The notes under the pieces were generated by a model, which made no database searches, was not told the DNA's origin, and was given only the letters and a program-made list of their open reading frames with translations. This document shows, in pieces, positions 23,401-35,400 of a DNA stretch of 64,000 bases. This DNA comes from Vicugna vicugna (taxonomy: Eukaryota). The stretch's first letter is position 1. The number at the start of each line of letters is the position of its first letter. Location of the stretch: NCBI GenBank assembly GCA_013265495.1, contig MU058009.1, positions 2,854,001 through 2,918,000 on the forward strand, written 5' to 3'. The translations under genes were made by a program, and so were the position numbers.

Positions 23401-26400
23401 ACAGATACTAAGCTGTGGCCTCTGGCCTCCAGGAATTCGCTGCGTGTCAGGGACCCTGACAAGGAAATAACCCATTGCAATGTGGTGTGTAAATGCCCGG
23501 GGGAGGCTCCTCTGTTGAAAGCCCAGTGGGGGTCACGCTCTTCAGTCCTGGAGTCTGGGAGCCGAGGACAAGGGACAGACACTCAAAGGATGAAAGGACG
23601 AAGGACGGGCGGGAAGAAAGGAACTGGTGGTGATGAGAAAGGAGGCCTGTTCTCTTCCTGGTAGGAGGCCCGCTCCTCCAGTCCACCCTCCGTTTTGCTC
23701 TATGTGACGTTCCCTCCTTGGGGCTGACTGTTTTCAGGATTCGCAGTTCGTGGGGTTTTGCCTGCTTGTGCCTCATTTATCTACATTTCCCGTCGCACTG
23801 AGAACTGTGTGTGCTGCCCCGATTTCCCCCGCACCCCCGCCTTCCTCTTGTGGGACCGTTGAGGCGGCGGGCTTGTCGGCATTCTCCTCTCGTCCTCTCC
23901 TCGTTCGTGCTCGCACCTTTCCGCCCCTCACGTCCCAAGCTTGGCGCTTTGGCTTCCCGTTCTGGCCTTGGGTTTTGTGGGGACATGTACGTGTTCCATA
24001 GTGTGCAGACTGGATCAGCATTCTGGATCCTCACTTGAAGTAGAGGCCAATTCTTTCCATGATAAACTAGTTGTGGTATGGCAGTGAAATTTGGTGTTCA
24101 GACGAAAAAAAGTGCTGATAAAAAAATGGTAATTATTTTATACACATCTCCCCACACAATAAAGAGTAGCCTGATTTTGTCAGTCTTTCTTTGGAAGTCA
24201 GGCCTTGGAAGACGTTAGTGGAGAAAGACAGCTGTGGACTTGGTATTTAATAGTTGGTAAATCTTTATCACTGAGTGGAAACTCAACGCCACTCCTCTGG
24301 GAAAGGGTTGGGGGCGAGAGAGGAAGGAAGGGAGGTGATTGCTCCCTGGCCTGCATGGTGATTATTCTTCCGCCCCCTTGTCTTACAGCACAGAAGGAAG
24401 CCAATAGTGATGCTGGAGGGAGGGGAGGAAGTTTGGAGAGACGAGTGTGCCCTGCGGTCTTTTCTTCCTTTTTTCAAGCGCTGGTTAGTCAGGAGGGCCA
24501 GCGAAACCTGTTGCTCCGCAGGCCCTGCCCTTCCCCTGCCCTTGAAAGCGTTGTAGCTGTTGTTCGCGCCGTGCGGCACCCATGCTCACCTGGCCGTGAC
24601 ACCTTGCCCGGGTCGCGTGACACAGTGGAAAGAACACGGGCTTGGAGTCAGCAGAGCTAAGCTGGGGTCCTGGCATTTGCCCTTTTAGCAATGACGTTAA
24701 ATGGATGAGCTGTTTGCACTTCCCTTTACTCGTCCATAAAATGAGGGTGACGATGAGGAAGGGCTGTTGGTGGACGAGTTCCTGAGTGTTCCCAAATCGG
24801 TGCTGAGGGCAGCTGTGACCATTCCCACCTCAGTGTGTCTGCTGTTGCCCAGTGATCCCCGATGTGTCCCTGGCCAGATCTTGGGTTGGGGGTGGTCTGG
24901 ATTCGGCACATTTTGCCCCGCTCCCCTGCACGTATGCCTGGCACGTCCTGTTTAGTGTGGAAGCTGTGGACTCCGCAGTTCCCATTGCGCTGATCTGTAA
25001 ACTGCTTCCGGCAGGACGTCCCTATACCTCTGTAGCCCCTCGGACTGGCCGGTGGACGCCTGGCGGTTCAGTGTGCTCCCGGGCAGGAGGTGCCGTAGCA
25101 GTGGTGGAAGGACTGCAGAGCTCTGGGTGCTCAGGTCGCTCGCCTCCCTTCCCGGGGATTGTTAGTCCCACTTTCAAGGCTGTCAGGCTGCAGGGTAGGG
25201 AGAAGGAGTCTCAGGTTCTTTGGCATTTCATCTTGGCTCTTTGCCATCATGTTTTGCCCAGAGGAAGGAGGGCCCAGTGAGGAGCCGGCAGACAGGTGCC
25301 CAGCAGGGACGGGTCAGTGTGTCAGGGCAGCTGTGGGACAAGGAGCCAGGGCTGGTGCAGCAGGGAAGCGCAGACATCACTCCCGGAGCCCTCGAGGCCC
25401 TTCGTCCTGCCGTTCCCCTTGCCCCGGGCCTCCCCTGGCCTCTCTCCACTTGGTGACCAGCCTGCTGTCTGGGGACAGGGGGTCTGAGGTGGACGACCTT
25501 GCCCTCTGGAGCTCCCTAACCCCTGCATCCTTGGGATTCACGTGCCCCAGAAGCAGCATGCAGTCGTAGGAAGGGCCCGGCTCTGAGGCTGCCCTGCCTG
25601 GACTCAGCCTTCACTCTGCCCCTCCCCGTCTAACCTTGGGCTGGGCCGCTTACTCATCCTCAGAATGGGACTAGTAGTGGCATCTCCTTCATAAAGCCGT
25701 CGTGCGGATTCCGTGAGTGAGGACAGGCGAGGCTGTCGGAGGGGCATCGGGCACTCAATCGGCGTCAGCTGCCGTTGGACTCGGCGTGCACCCTTCCTCG
25801 AAGTGGTGGCTTCTGGAGAAAGTCTGGTCTTCCTGCAAGCTTTGGCTCCTCTCCTTTGTCACCGAGGTCATTCTCGTTGTCTGGTTTCCCCCATCTCCTG
25901 CTGCAATGCCACTTTGTGCATCTTGAGGGATTTAGATTCTGCTGATAGAAGCCCTCAGGGCACGTCAGCCTCCTCTCCCCGGGCATCCTGACTCTCGCAG
26001 CCCGGGCACTGAATTGGTAGTTTTTTTTTTTCTTTCTTTCTAGCAAGGCAAGGCCCTCCCATCCTTGGGGATTACAGGCAGAAGTGGATTTGGGGTTGGG
26101 TGAGGAAATCCAGTGGCGCATGACAGAGATCCAGATGAGAAGCGGTCTGAAAGGGCCGTGTTAATGCCCGCGCAGGGCGGTTGCACCAGCAGTTACCACC
26201 CTAACTCATGTGGTGTGATTCAGACCCCATTCTTCACTCCGTAGTGGCATGGCCCTGGGTGAGTGAGCTCAGCTCCTGAGCCTCCGTTTCCTCACCTGCA
26301 GGATGAGAGGACGGGTAAGTTTCGTGAGTGGTACACTTGGATGCAGAGATGTGGCCGTGGACCTGTGCACTGGCTCACTTGCCTAGGAGTTCATGTGCAC

Positions 26401-29400
26401 AGGAGGTGGTCACACCAGAACGTGTCTCTTCTGCCACGTTAAAAAAAAAGAGCGTGCTTGATTTCTCTGGGTCTCCCTCTCTTCACACTGCCGGAACACG
26501 CAAGCATCTTGGTATGTGGTGGGGGAGTGAGAGGAGGAGGTGGGGGCTGCAGGGGAGGCAGTTGGGGNNNNNNNNNNNNNNNNNNNNNNNNNNNNNNNNN
26601 NNNNNNNNNNNNNNGGGGGGCAGTGTTGGTGATGGTGGCTTGGGCTGCTGCAAGGTGCTATCCTTGTTTGTTTGTTTGTTTTTAAGCCGTGGCTCCAATT
26701 ATGTTATAAAAAGAGACGCTTAGAAAAGAATCATCCAGGAGGATTAGCTTCTTGGCCAGGATGATTCTTGGGTCACTTGGAAGAGCGGTTGCAGCTCTAA
26801 GAAGAAATGGCCAGTCACCAGAAACAGTGAGGCAGGTGGGGGCCGGGCCGGGCCTGCGCCCTCCAGGTGGAAGGAGCCAGAACAGTTTCCATTTCTGGAG
26901 ACAAGTGCCAGAGCGGGAGAGGTTGAGGCGACTGGAGTGCATCTGAGTTCCTTCCGGAAGGGCTGTGAAGGAGGCCTGGCTGGGCCGGCGCGGCCGCCCG
27001 TAGGCGGTCAAAGCGCAGAGGCCCAGTAAGTCCCCACCCGAGCCCTGGCTGGGGGCAGAGGGCCGGGCAGAGCCCCCGAGCCCAGGCAGCTGCGTCTTCC
27101 CGCAGAGCCAAGCCGGCCACCGCAGGACCGCTGCTCTCAGCCACCCCGACCCTCAGGAAGTTCGCTGGCTCTCTCTTTCTTCCTCTTGTTTGATCCAGGG
27201 AAACTGGGATCTCTTGATGGAAAGAACAGGTTGCTCCTGGCCAGGAAGGGCCTGCAGCTGCATGTCTGCTTCAGAGAGAATCCACCCACCCCGAGAGGAA
27301 GGAGGCTTTGGGTTTAAGGACCTCCCGGCCGCAGAAGCAGGCCCCGACCTCCACCTGAGCTCTGAGCAGGGCAGGGGATGGGGCTCTGAATTTCCGCATG
27401 GGTGACTTCACGTCTCTGTGAGTGTTTTACTGACTACACCACGTGGGTCAGCAGACGAGGTCACCATTAGGGGTCTTTCCATTCTAAAGCAGACTGTCCT
27501 GGGTGTTCCCTTTGTAACCTAGGGGCCTGAGGGGCTGAACACCCTGGGGTCCCGAAGGAGCAGAGGCTTAGGGCCTTGGGACCATCTGGGTTCTAGTTGG
27601 GAGATGGCCCTGAGGACAGGAGTGACTTCCTGAAGTGACATCCCTGCGAAGTGATGGGCCAGGACCAGACTCAGCTCCTCGGTGCTTGTGGCTGTGCCCT
27701 CCCTCCTACACCAGGCCAGTGGTGAGTGTATATGTGGCCCCGGGGACACTGACACGCTTGTCCTGCAGGCTGGGACCTCCAGGCTAGAACTTTCAGGGGT
27801 GACCACCTTTGGGGGATCCTGTACTCTGGTACCCTCTCCCTCTGCCCCTGCACGAGCCTTCCCGCTTCCCTTCCACCCTCACCGTGGCCCTCCCCTCCCT
27901 TCCCAGCCCCTTCATCCACCCAGCCTTTCCTCAGCGGCCATGTTCCCTGAACTGTGGGTTGGGTGAGCCTCCCTCCTGCGATCTGACCGTAGTTTTCTGG
28001 TTGCAGAACCCCGGGAAGGAGGGCTTTCCGGGGCCTGGGACTTCGGAGAGGGAAGGGTGCTCAGAAGAGACAGGAACTGGAGGTCCATCTGGGGGTTCCT
28101 AGAAGCGGCAGAGGTGCTGTGGGTGAGCTGGGGACAATCTTTCACCCGCCAGTGACTTCAGTGCCCTCTGGTTCAGCCTGATCGCCCCCCGGGTGGTTCT
28201 CTGGCCAGAATCACTGTTAACTCATTAAGAGGTGTGACTGTCACCTGACCGTGGGAAGGCAAGTGTGACTGCTCAGGTGGTAAACTTCCGAGTGCTCTGG
28301 ATTAAATTTTGCCGAGTTTCTGTACTATGACCACGTTTCCTCCTCTGTCCCCTGGCCCCACTAACACGTGCTGGCTGCCCACCATTTCCCCACGTCAGCA
28401 TGCACGCGCACACACATACACGCACACGCATGCACACAGCCCTGAAGAGGCACACGGCTGAGGACGCCCTGTGTGCGTGCTGTGTGAACGCCTGGGCTCC
28501 CCGGGAGACCACGCCAGCACTTTCTCCTGAGCGTGAACTTGGGAGCTGCTGGGTGATCAGCTGGGACAAGGTGGAAGGAGCGCGAGTGTCTGGTCCTCAG
28601 ACCCCGAGTGCACGTTTCTGCTCTGGGACTCGAGCTCCTTTGAACTTCAGAGAAGTCCAGGGAGGGTGATGATAACAGTCATTCTTCCAGTGGGGTGTTG
28701 GAGGGCTAAACGGGGGCCTGTGTGTCAGGTACGGGCCAGCGTCAGCGCTCATTGAGGCAGCACCGTGATCGGCTGTGATCGCGGTCTCAGCCCGCACCCT
28801 TGACCAGTGGGTGTGATCACGCCCGAGCCGCCTCAGACTGTGGCGGGGACTACGGGGGATGCTGCAGGTCAACCTCAGGCTGTCAAACAGCCTCCCCATT
28901 AAAGGCGGGGATGTGACGGAGAGGATGTCAGCGTCACCCATTCAAAGTGTCTTCTCAGGAGGAGCAGAATGTGTCCCGGTGTCTTTTCCTCTTGCCAGCT
29001 CCCGGGCACTTAAGGTGCTGGGCGCGTTGCTAGCCTGTAACGCTCAGCGGGTCCTGTGAGATGGCCGCCCTGGAGCCCCGTGTCCCTTCTGCATCCTCGA
29101 AGTGTGTCACATCTGGGCTGCTGGAGGCCCTGGCCCCGCTACGGTGTTTCAATACAAAGATGGGCCTTCTTACTTAGGTCACAACCCATTTAACGTATCT
29201 TCTTCGCAGCAGCCGTCAAGCCCGTGGCCCCCTGAGTGTCTGCGGCCAGTGGAGCTGGGTCTGGATCGGGGCTTGTGTCTGCCTTGCTCTGCCCTCTCCC
29301 AGCCCACAGAAGCCAGGCCTTGGGCAGGGTGGGCCCTTGGCCAGAGACCCTTTGGCAGAGAACCCAGCCTTAATTCATGGTTGTCCAAAGGCAGTCACCC

Positions 29401-32400
29401 AACAGGGACCGAGGCTCCCAGAGCCGACGGTGGACAGGATTGTGCTGGCCTTCCACCCCCACCTGCCCAGCCACGGCCGGAACCTCACCCAGCTGGGGAG
29501 TCGCCCTTTTCAGGGCTGCCGGGCTGCCAGGCTGCCTCTGTACAACGCGGTGTCCTTCCAGTTTAATGTCGTACCTCCCTAATTTGCCTCCCTGGGTAGG
29601 GTTTGGGCAGAGTCTGCTCAGCGAGCCGCAGAGCTTTCTTCCTGAGGGCTGCTCCCTCTGCCTGCGCTCACCAACAATAGCCCCATGGCGCTTGGGAGGA
29701 GGGCCTGGCCGGGGGGTGCTAGCCTGGTTGAGCTCGGAGTGGGGCAAGTGGACCGTCCAGTCAGATGTCCTGCCTTCCCTTCTGGTCCCTTCTGTCACTG
29801 TCCCTGACTCCTGGCTGCCTTCTGCCTCTCCCCGCCTCGGCAGGACCTGTGTGGGGCCACCACCTGTGACACGCTGGGCATGGCTGACGTGGGCACCATG
29901 TGCGACCCCAAGAGAAGCTGTTCAGTGATCGAGGACGACGGTCTCCCCTCGGCCTTCACCACCGCCCATGAGCTGGGTGAGGCAGGAGGGCCCTTCCGGG
30001 GGCCGTCCGGATTTGCCTGGGCGTTCAGGCCGGGGTTCGGCGTTTGTCTTAGCTCCCTCATGCCCTGAAGCCTTTGGGGTCCTTTCTTAGGGCCAGAGTC
30101 TGCCTTAGCAAGGGCTTATTTTCTCCCAGTTGCCCGAGCCCAGTTGACCAGTGATGCTCTCCGAGTCCATCGCTGTCTGAGGGTCTCATTAGTTAGCCTA
30201 TGTTACGTGCTCTGCTGTCCTCACTGAGCCCAAGCCTGGTGGATGGGAGGGAACGTCAAGAACAGGCTCTCGACATTTGCAAAGCGATCTACCCTCAGGC
30301 AGCAATGACCCACCTGAAAACCACTGACACGGGCTCTCCCGCACCCCCACCTGGTGCCCCCACCCCTCACGCCTTCTCACCTGTAGCCCACGTTCTTCTG
30401 CCCACTGAGTCCTTTTGCCTCTCCCTCAGGCCACGTGTTCAACATGCCCCATGACAATGTGAAAGTGTGCGAGGAGGTGTTTGGGAAGCTCCGAGCCAAC
30501 CACATGATGTCCCCAACGCTCATCCAGATCGACCGTGCCAACCCCTGGTCGGCCTGCAGTGCGGCCATCATCACCGACTTCCTGGACAGCGGGCACGGTA
30601 AGCCGGGCGTCAGAGGAGGTGGGCCCGCCCTCTCTGGACCTGTCTGTCCTGTCACCTCCGGCATGCATGGCCCGAGGAGTCAGGCTCTGACGCCTTGGTC
30701 CATCCCGTGGCCCTTGCTCCATTCTCTCCCTGCCTGGAGCCCCGGTGCTGGCCACGCCCCACCCTTCCAGGCTCCTCCCTAACGAATGCCCTCGGCTCCC
30801 TGCAGGCGACTGCCTCCTGGACCAGCCCAGCAAGCCCATCGCACTGCCCGAGGACCTGCCGGGCGCCAGCTACACCCTGAGCCAGCAGTGCGAGCTGGCC
30901 TTCGGCGTGGGCTCCAAGCCCTGTCCCTACATGCAGTACTGCGCCAAGCTGTGGTGCACCGGCAAGGCCCGGGGCCAGATGGTGTGCCAGACCCGCCACT
31001 TCCCCTGGGCAGACGGCACCGGCTGTGGCGAGGGCAAGTTCTGCCTCAAGGGGGCCTGTGTGGAGAGGCATGACCTTCACAGGTACAGGGTGAGTGAGCT
31101 GCAGCGGCGCGGGGAGGGGCTGCTGGGGGGAAGACTTCGGGCCCTCTGCCGGGGATCCGCCCCGGCACACGTGCTGTGTGACCCCAACTGTGCCTCGGTT
31201 TCCCTGGCTGTGGTCCTGTCCCCTTCTTGACTCTAAAACCAGATGGAAAAGTCATGGCTGGTCAGAGAACCAGCTGAAGCCTCGGGCAGGTGGGGAGCCT
31301 TCTGCAGGGGCAACCGCCGGGCCCTGAGCCGCAGCCCCTCCTCCCCAGCTCTGACTGGCTCACTCGGGGCTCCTTCCTCTCTGCCCGCGTCGGCTGCTGA
31401 GGGCCCGAGGTGAGCCAGGCTCAGAACCGCGGGATTTGTTACAGCCCGAACCAGGCTTCAGTTTCTGTTGTGGCTTTTGAAGTTGGAACTAAAGGAACAG
31501 AAGTTATTTTTTTCCTGATAAATAGGAACAGCAACCAGACCCAAGCGAATTCAGAACCCCAGCTATTCTCTGAGCACATTATAGACATTGTGTTCTCCAG
31601 GTCTTGGGCTGGGGTCGCAAAGGGATTTGGACTTTTCCAGATAAAAACAAGAGGTCCGTCCTCTCCCTTGACCCTGGTGGCCATCGCCCCTCTCCTGCCC
31701 CCGCCCTGGCCACAGGAGGGCTTGCCTTGGGGTTTTCTGCACACAGAGGTCATATGATAAAAGAGCCTTCACGAGGACTTTATCAGTTGCCCTGAGATGG
31801 GTGTGGTCCAGAATTATATAAAATCTGTGTTCTGGGAATATATATTTAACTAAAGCTTTGTTCATTTATTAAGCAACAACCCACTGTATTCAGGGATCTG
31901 AGTAAGATACTTCATTGGTCAGAAAAGCAAAAAAAAACATGGGCCACGTCAGAGGGGCCTCACAGTCTAGCGGAGATGCTGGAAAAGTGACTGTAAAATA
32001 AAACACAGACGGGTGCGCGTTGCGTGTTAAGATGCAGTTGCTTTGAGGGCAGGGATTTGCTGCACATGGTGCCAGGCATGTAGGAGGAATTCAACAAATA
32101 CTTGGCGAATGACAGATTGAATGGCAGGAGGCAGGAGTGTTTCTTGTAGGAATGGGAGGAAGAAGTGATGCCAGGTTAAAAAAAAAAAAAAACGGAACAA
32201 CTCCANNNNNNNNNNNNNNNNNNNNNNNNNNNNNNNNNNNNNNNNNNNNNNNNNNNNNNNNNNNNNNNNNNNNNNNNNNNNNNNNNNNNNNNNNNNNNNN
32301 NNNNNNNNNNNNNNNNNNNNNNNNNNNNNNNNNNNNNNNNNNNNNNGGAAGAAGTGATGCCAGGTTAAAAAAAAAAAAAACAGCATCATCTCAGAAGCCA

Positions 32401-35400
32401 CAGGAGCAAAGTTAAATATTGACACTTTCGGCCTTGAGGGGGTCACTGCTGACCTTTGAGAGGGCGGCTCCCATGGTTCGATGGGCAGAGCCGAGGAGGG
32501 AGGAGGTAGAAAGAGCAAGTGCGGTGACTGTCAGGAGGGGAGGGGACGGAAGCAGGGGGGCTCTAGTTAGAGGAGAAAGCAGGGTTAAAGGAAGTGTTCC
32601 TTTACAGGATGAAACAGATGTGCTGACACAACGAAACAAGAACTGTCTGACAGAGGACAGCTATGATAAGCGTGCCGAGTAGCTACCTAAGTTAAAGTAC
32701 TTCTCTCACACGCAGCCGGTTCCCGACTGGCTCCATGCGGGTCGGTGGCTCTGGACTCGGCACTTCCATGCCAGTCTTGCTCAGCCGGGCTGCTTCCTCG
32801 GCTGCCCAACTTCTGTGTACTCGGGGGTGAAAACTCACTTTACTGTCAGCCTAAGAAAAACATAATGAAGACTGTAAATTTTCGATCCCCTCTCCACCTT
32901 TTTGAAAAAGAGAACAACACTGCATAATTCACCCCAAAGCCAAACAGAGTTTTAGGATTGCTTGATAGCTGCTGTCTTTATCCCCCCTTTGTACAAACGT
33001 TAGATGTGCTTGCAGTGAATTTTCTCAAATTCAGCCCCGCATTGAGGTGGACACCAGTCTGGTTTGGTGAAAAGTCTGAGTTACAGAAACCTTACAAACG
33101 AAAGTGCTCAGATGCCTGTGGCGACACGGTTCCCCGGCTGGGCTGGGGCCGGCCCCCCTTTAGCTGCGGGGACCCTCGTAGGCACAGGAACAGTCGATAC
33201 GGAGAAACCTCGAACTGCACGGCACTAGGATGCATCACACACGTCGCACTGTTTAACGACCTTACACGGAAGTGTTGCCGACCCCGTTTTTGCAGGCGAA
33301 GCACCTGAAAGTTAAGGGATCATCACCCCTTGCTCAAGACCGCCTGCGTGGCGAGGGCAGAGGCTTTGGTGGGATTTGCCCGCCTGACTCCACAGCCCAG
33401 AGGCCAGTCCTCTGAGCGGCCTCGGGCATACCTGGGAGCAGCGGGCATCTGCTAATCAGCAGGTTGAAGTGCTGTGTGCGCCCGGGCGCAGGGTCATCCG
33501 CTGGTCATTTCCCCCCGTGACACAGAGTGGGTTTCGTTCTGGTGGGATGGGGTGGCGGAGGCTGTCCCATGTAGCTCCCCTGTGGTCCCTGACCCCCGCA
33601 GGGGTGTAACAGACTCTTCTTTACAGGTGGATGGCTCCTGGGCCAGGTGGGAGCCCTACGGCCCCTGCTCCCGCACCTGCGGAGGGGGCGTGCAGCTGGC
33701 CCGGAGGCAGTGCAGCAACCCTGCCCCCGCCAACGGCGGCAAGTACTGCGAGGGAGTGAGGGTCAAGTACCGCTCTTGCAACCTGGAGCCCTGCCCCAGC
33801 TCGGGTGAGGGGCAGGGCGGCCCCGGCGGGCCTGGGGAGGTGGGCCGGAGGTCACAAAGTTACCGCAGTCCAGATTCTAACCCCCGGGACTGAGTCTGGA
33901 AGTGGAGCCAGGCAGAACCCTCCTGGGATCATTCCTCTGCCTACCCACATCTGCCCGGGGTGTTTCCTACGGTGCTGAGTTTGGGAGGCTACGTGGCCCG
34001 AGGGCGTGAGACCCCGGAACCCTTTTCATTAAGCGCCCACTAGCCCATCTCCGTAAATAGGAATTCTTCATCCACGGCCCCTCAACTTGGGTGGGAAGAA
34101 AACGACAGCTCCATATTTACTAACCTTTTAATCTAAAATTTAGTACTTCCTTCCATTAGAAATCAGTATTTTTTAACTAGCCTCTCCATCTAAAATTTAG
34201 TGTTTCTTTTAATTAGGCAAAAAGCGCCAGTGCTAGTAGCAGCACCTCTGGCTCTGCCACCGATAGAAATCGCAGGTGTTTTCATGTGACGCCTCAGTGG
34301 TTACAGATTTCTTAACATGCCATTTGCACTCATCACTACTGTGAAGTTACAGTAGTTAGTAGACTTATTGTTGAATCTTGTTATTAAATGGGTTTGCAAG
34401 GAAGCTCACACGGCACAAGTACGTTTCCAGGTGTACTGGTGGTTGTATATGACTGTAATTGGTATTCCTTGTCATCTGTGTACGTATCTTACACATTTAA
34501 GAACATTCTGAAAGCAGCTTCAACAGCCCACTGAGGGGTTCTATTTAGGATTCCCGTTACGGGGGAATTTAAGGCCAGACGACCGGGGAAGGAGGTGCAT
34601 CACCTGGGGGAGGCGTTGCCACCGTATCCTGCGTGCTTTAGTCCTTTGAGGTGGGGCGGCTTCTGCGATGAGGGCCACTGGCTGAGGAGGGGGAGGAGCC
34701 ATTGGGGGGGTGTGCTGAGCAGCCCTGGTAGGCGGGGCTCTCCCCGTTGCCCTCTCCCCCACCACCCCGCCCTTCAGCTCCCTACACGTACTTCCCCACC
34801 CCCAGCCTCTGGCAAGAGCTTCCGGGAGGAGCAGTGTGAGGCCTTCAACGGCTACAACCACAGCACCAACCGGCTGGCCCTGACCGTGGCCTGGGTGCCC
34901 AAGTACTCGGGCGTGTCTCCGCGGGACAAGTGCAAGCTCATCTGCCGTGCCAACGGCACCGGCTACTTCTACGTGCTGGCGCCCAAGGTGGGTGAGCTAG
35001 GGTGGGACGCCTGGGCAGGGGCATGGTCGTTGGGGAGCCTCGAGCTGAGCTGCCCCTGCACCTCTTCTCCCCCTCCTGGGCCACTGCAGGTGGTGGATGG
35101 CACGCTGTGTACCCCCGACTCCACCTCGGTCTGCGTCCAGGGCAAGTGCATCAAGGCTGGCTGCGACGGGAACCTGGGCTCCAAGAAGAAGTTCGACAAA
35201 TGCGGGGTGTGCGGGGGAGACAATAAGGGCTGTAAGAAGGTGTCCGGACTCTTCACCAAGCCCATGTGAGTCCTGTGCCCTGGAGGGCGCAGCCAGGGCA
35301 CAGGGGTGGGGTGGGGTGTGGAGCTACCCCCAGGCATGGGAAGCTCGGGGTAGATGGGTAAATGCCAGATCCTGCCCAGACCCCGTGCTCGCCTGTGATT

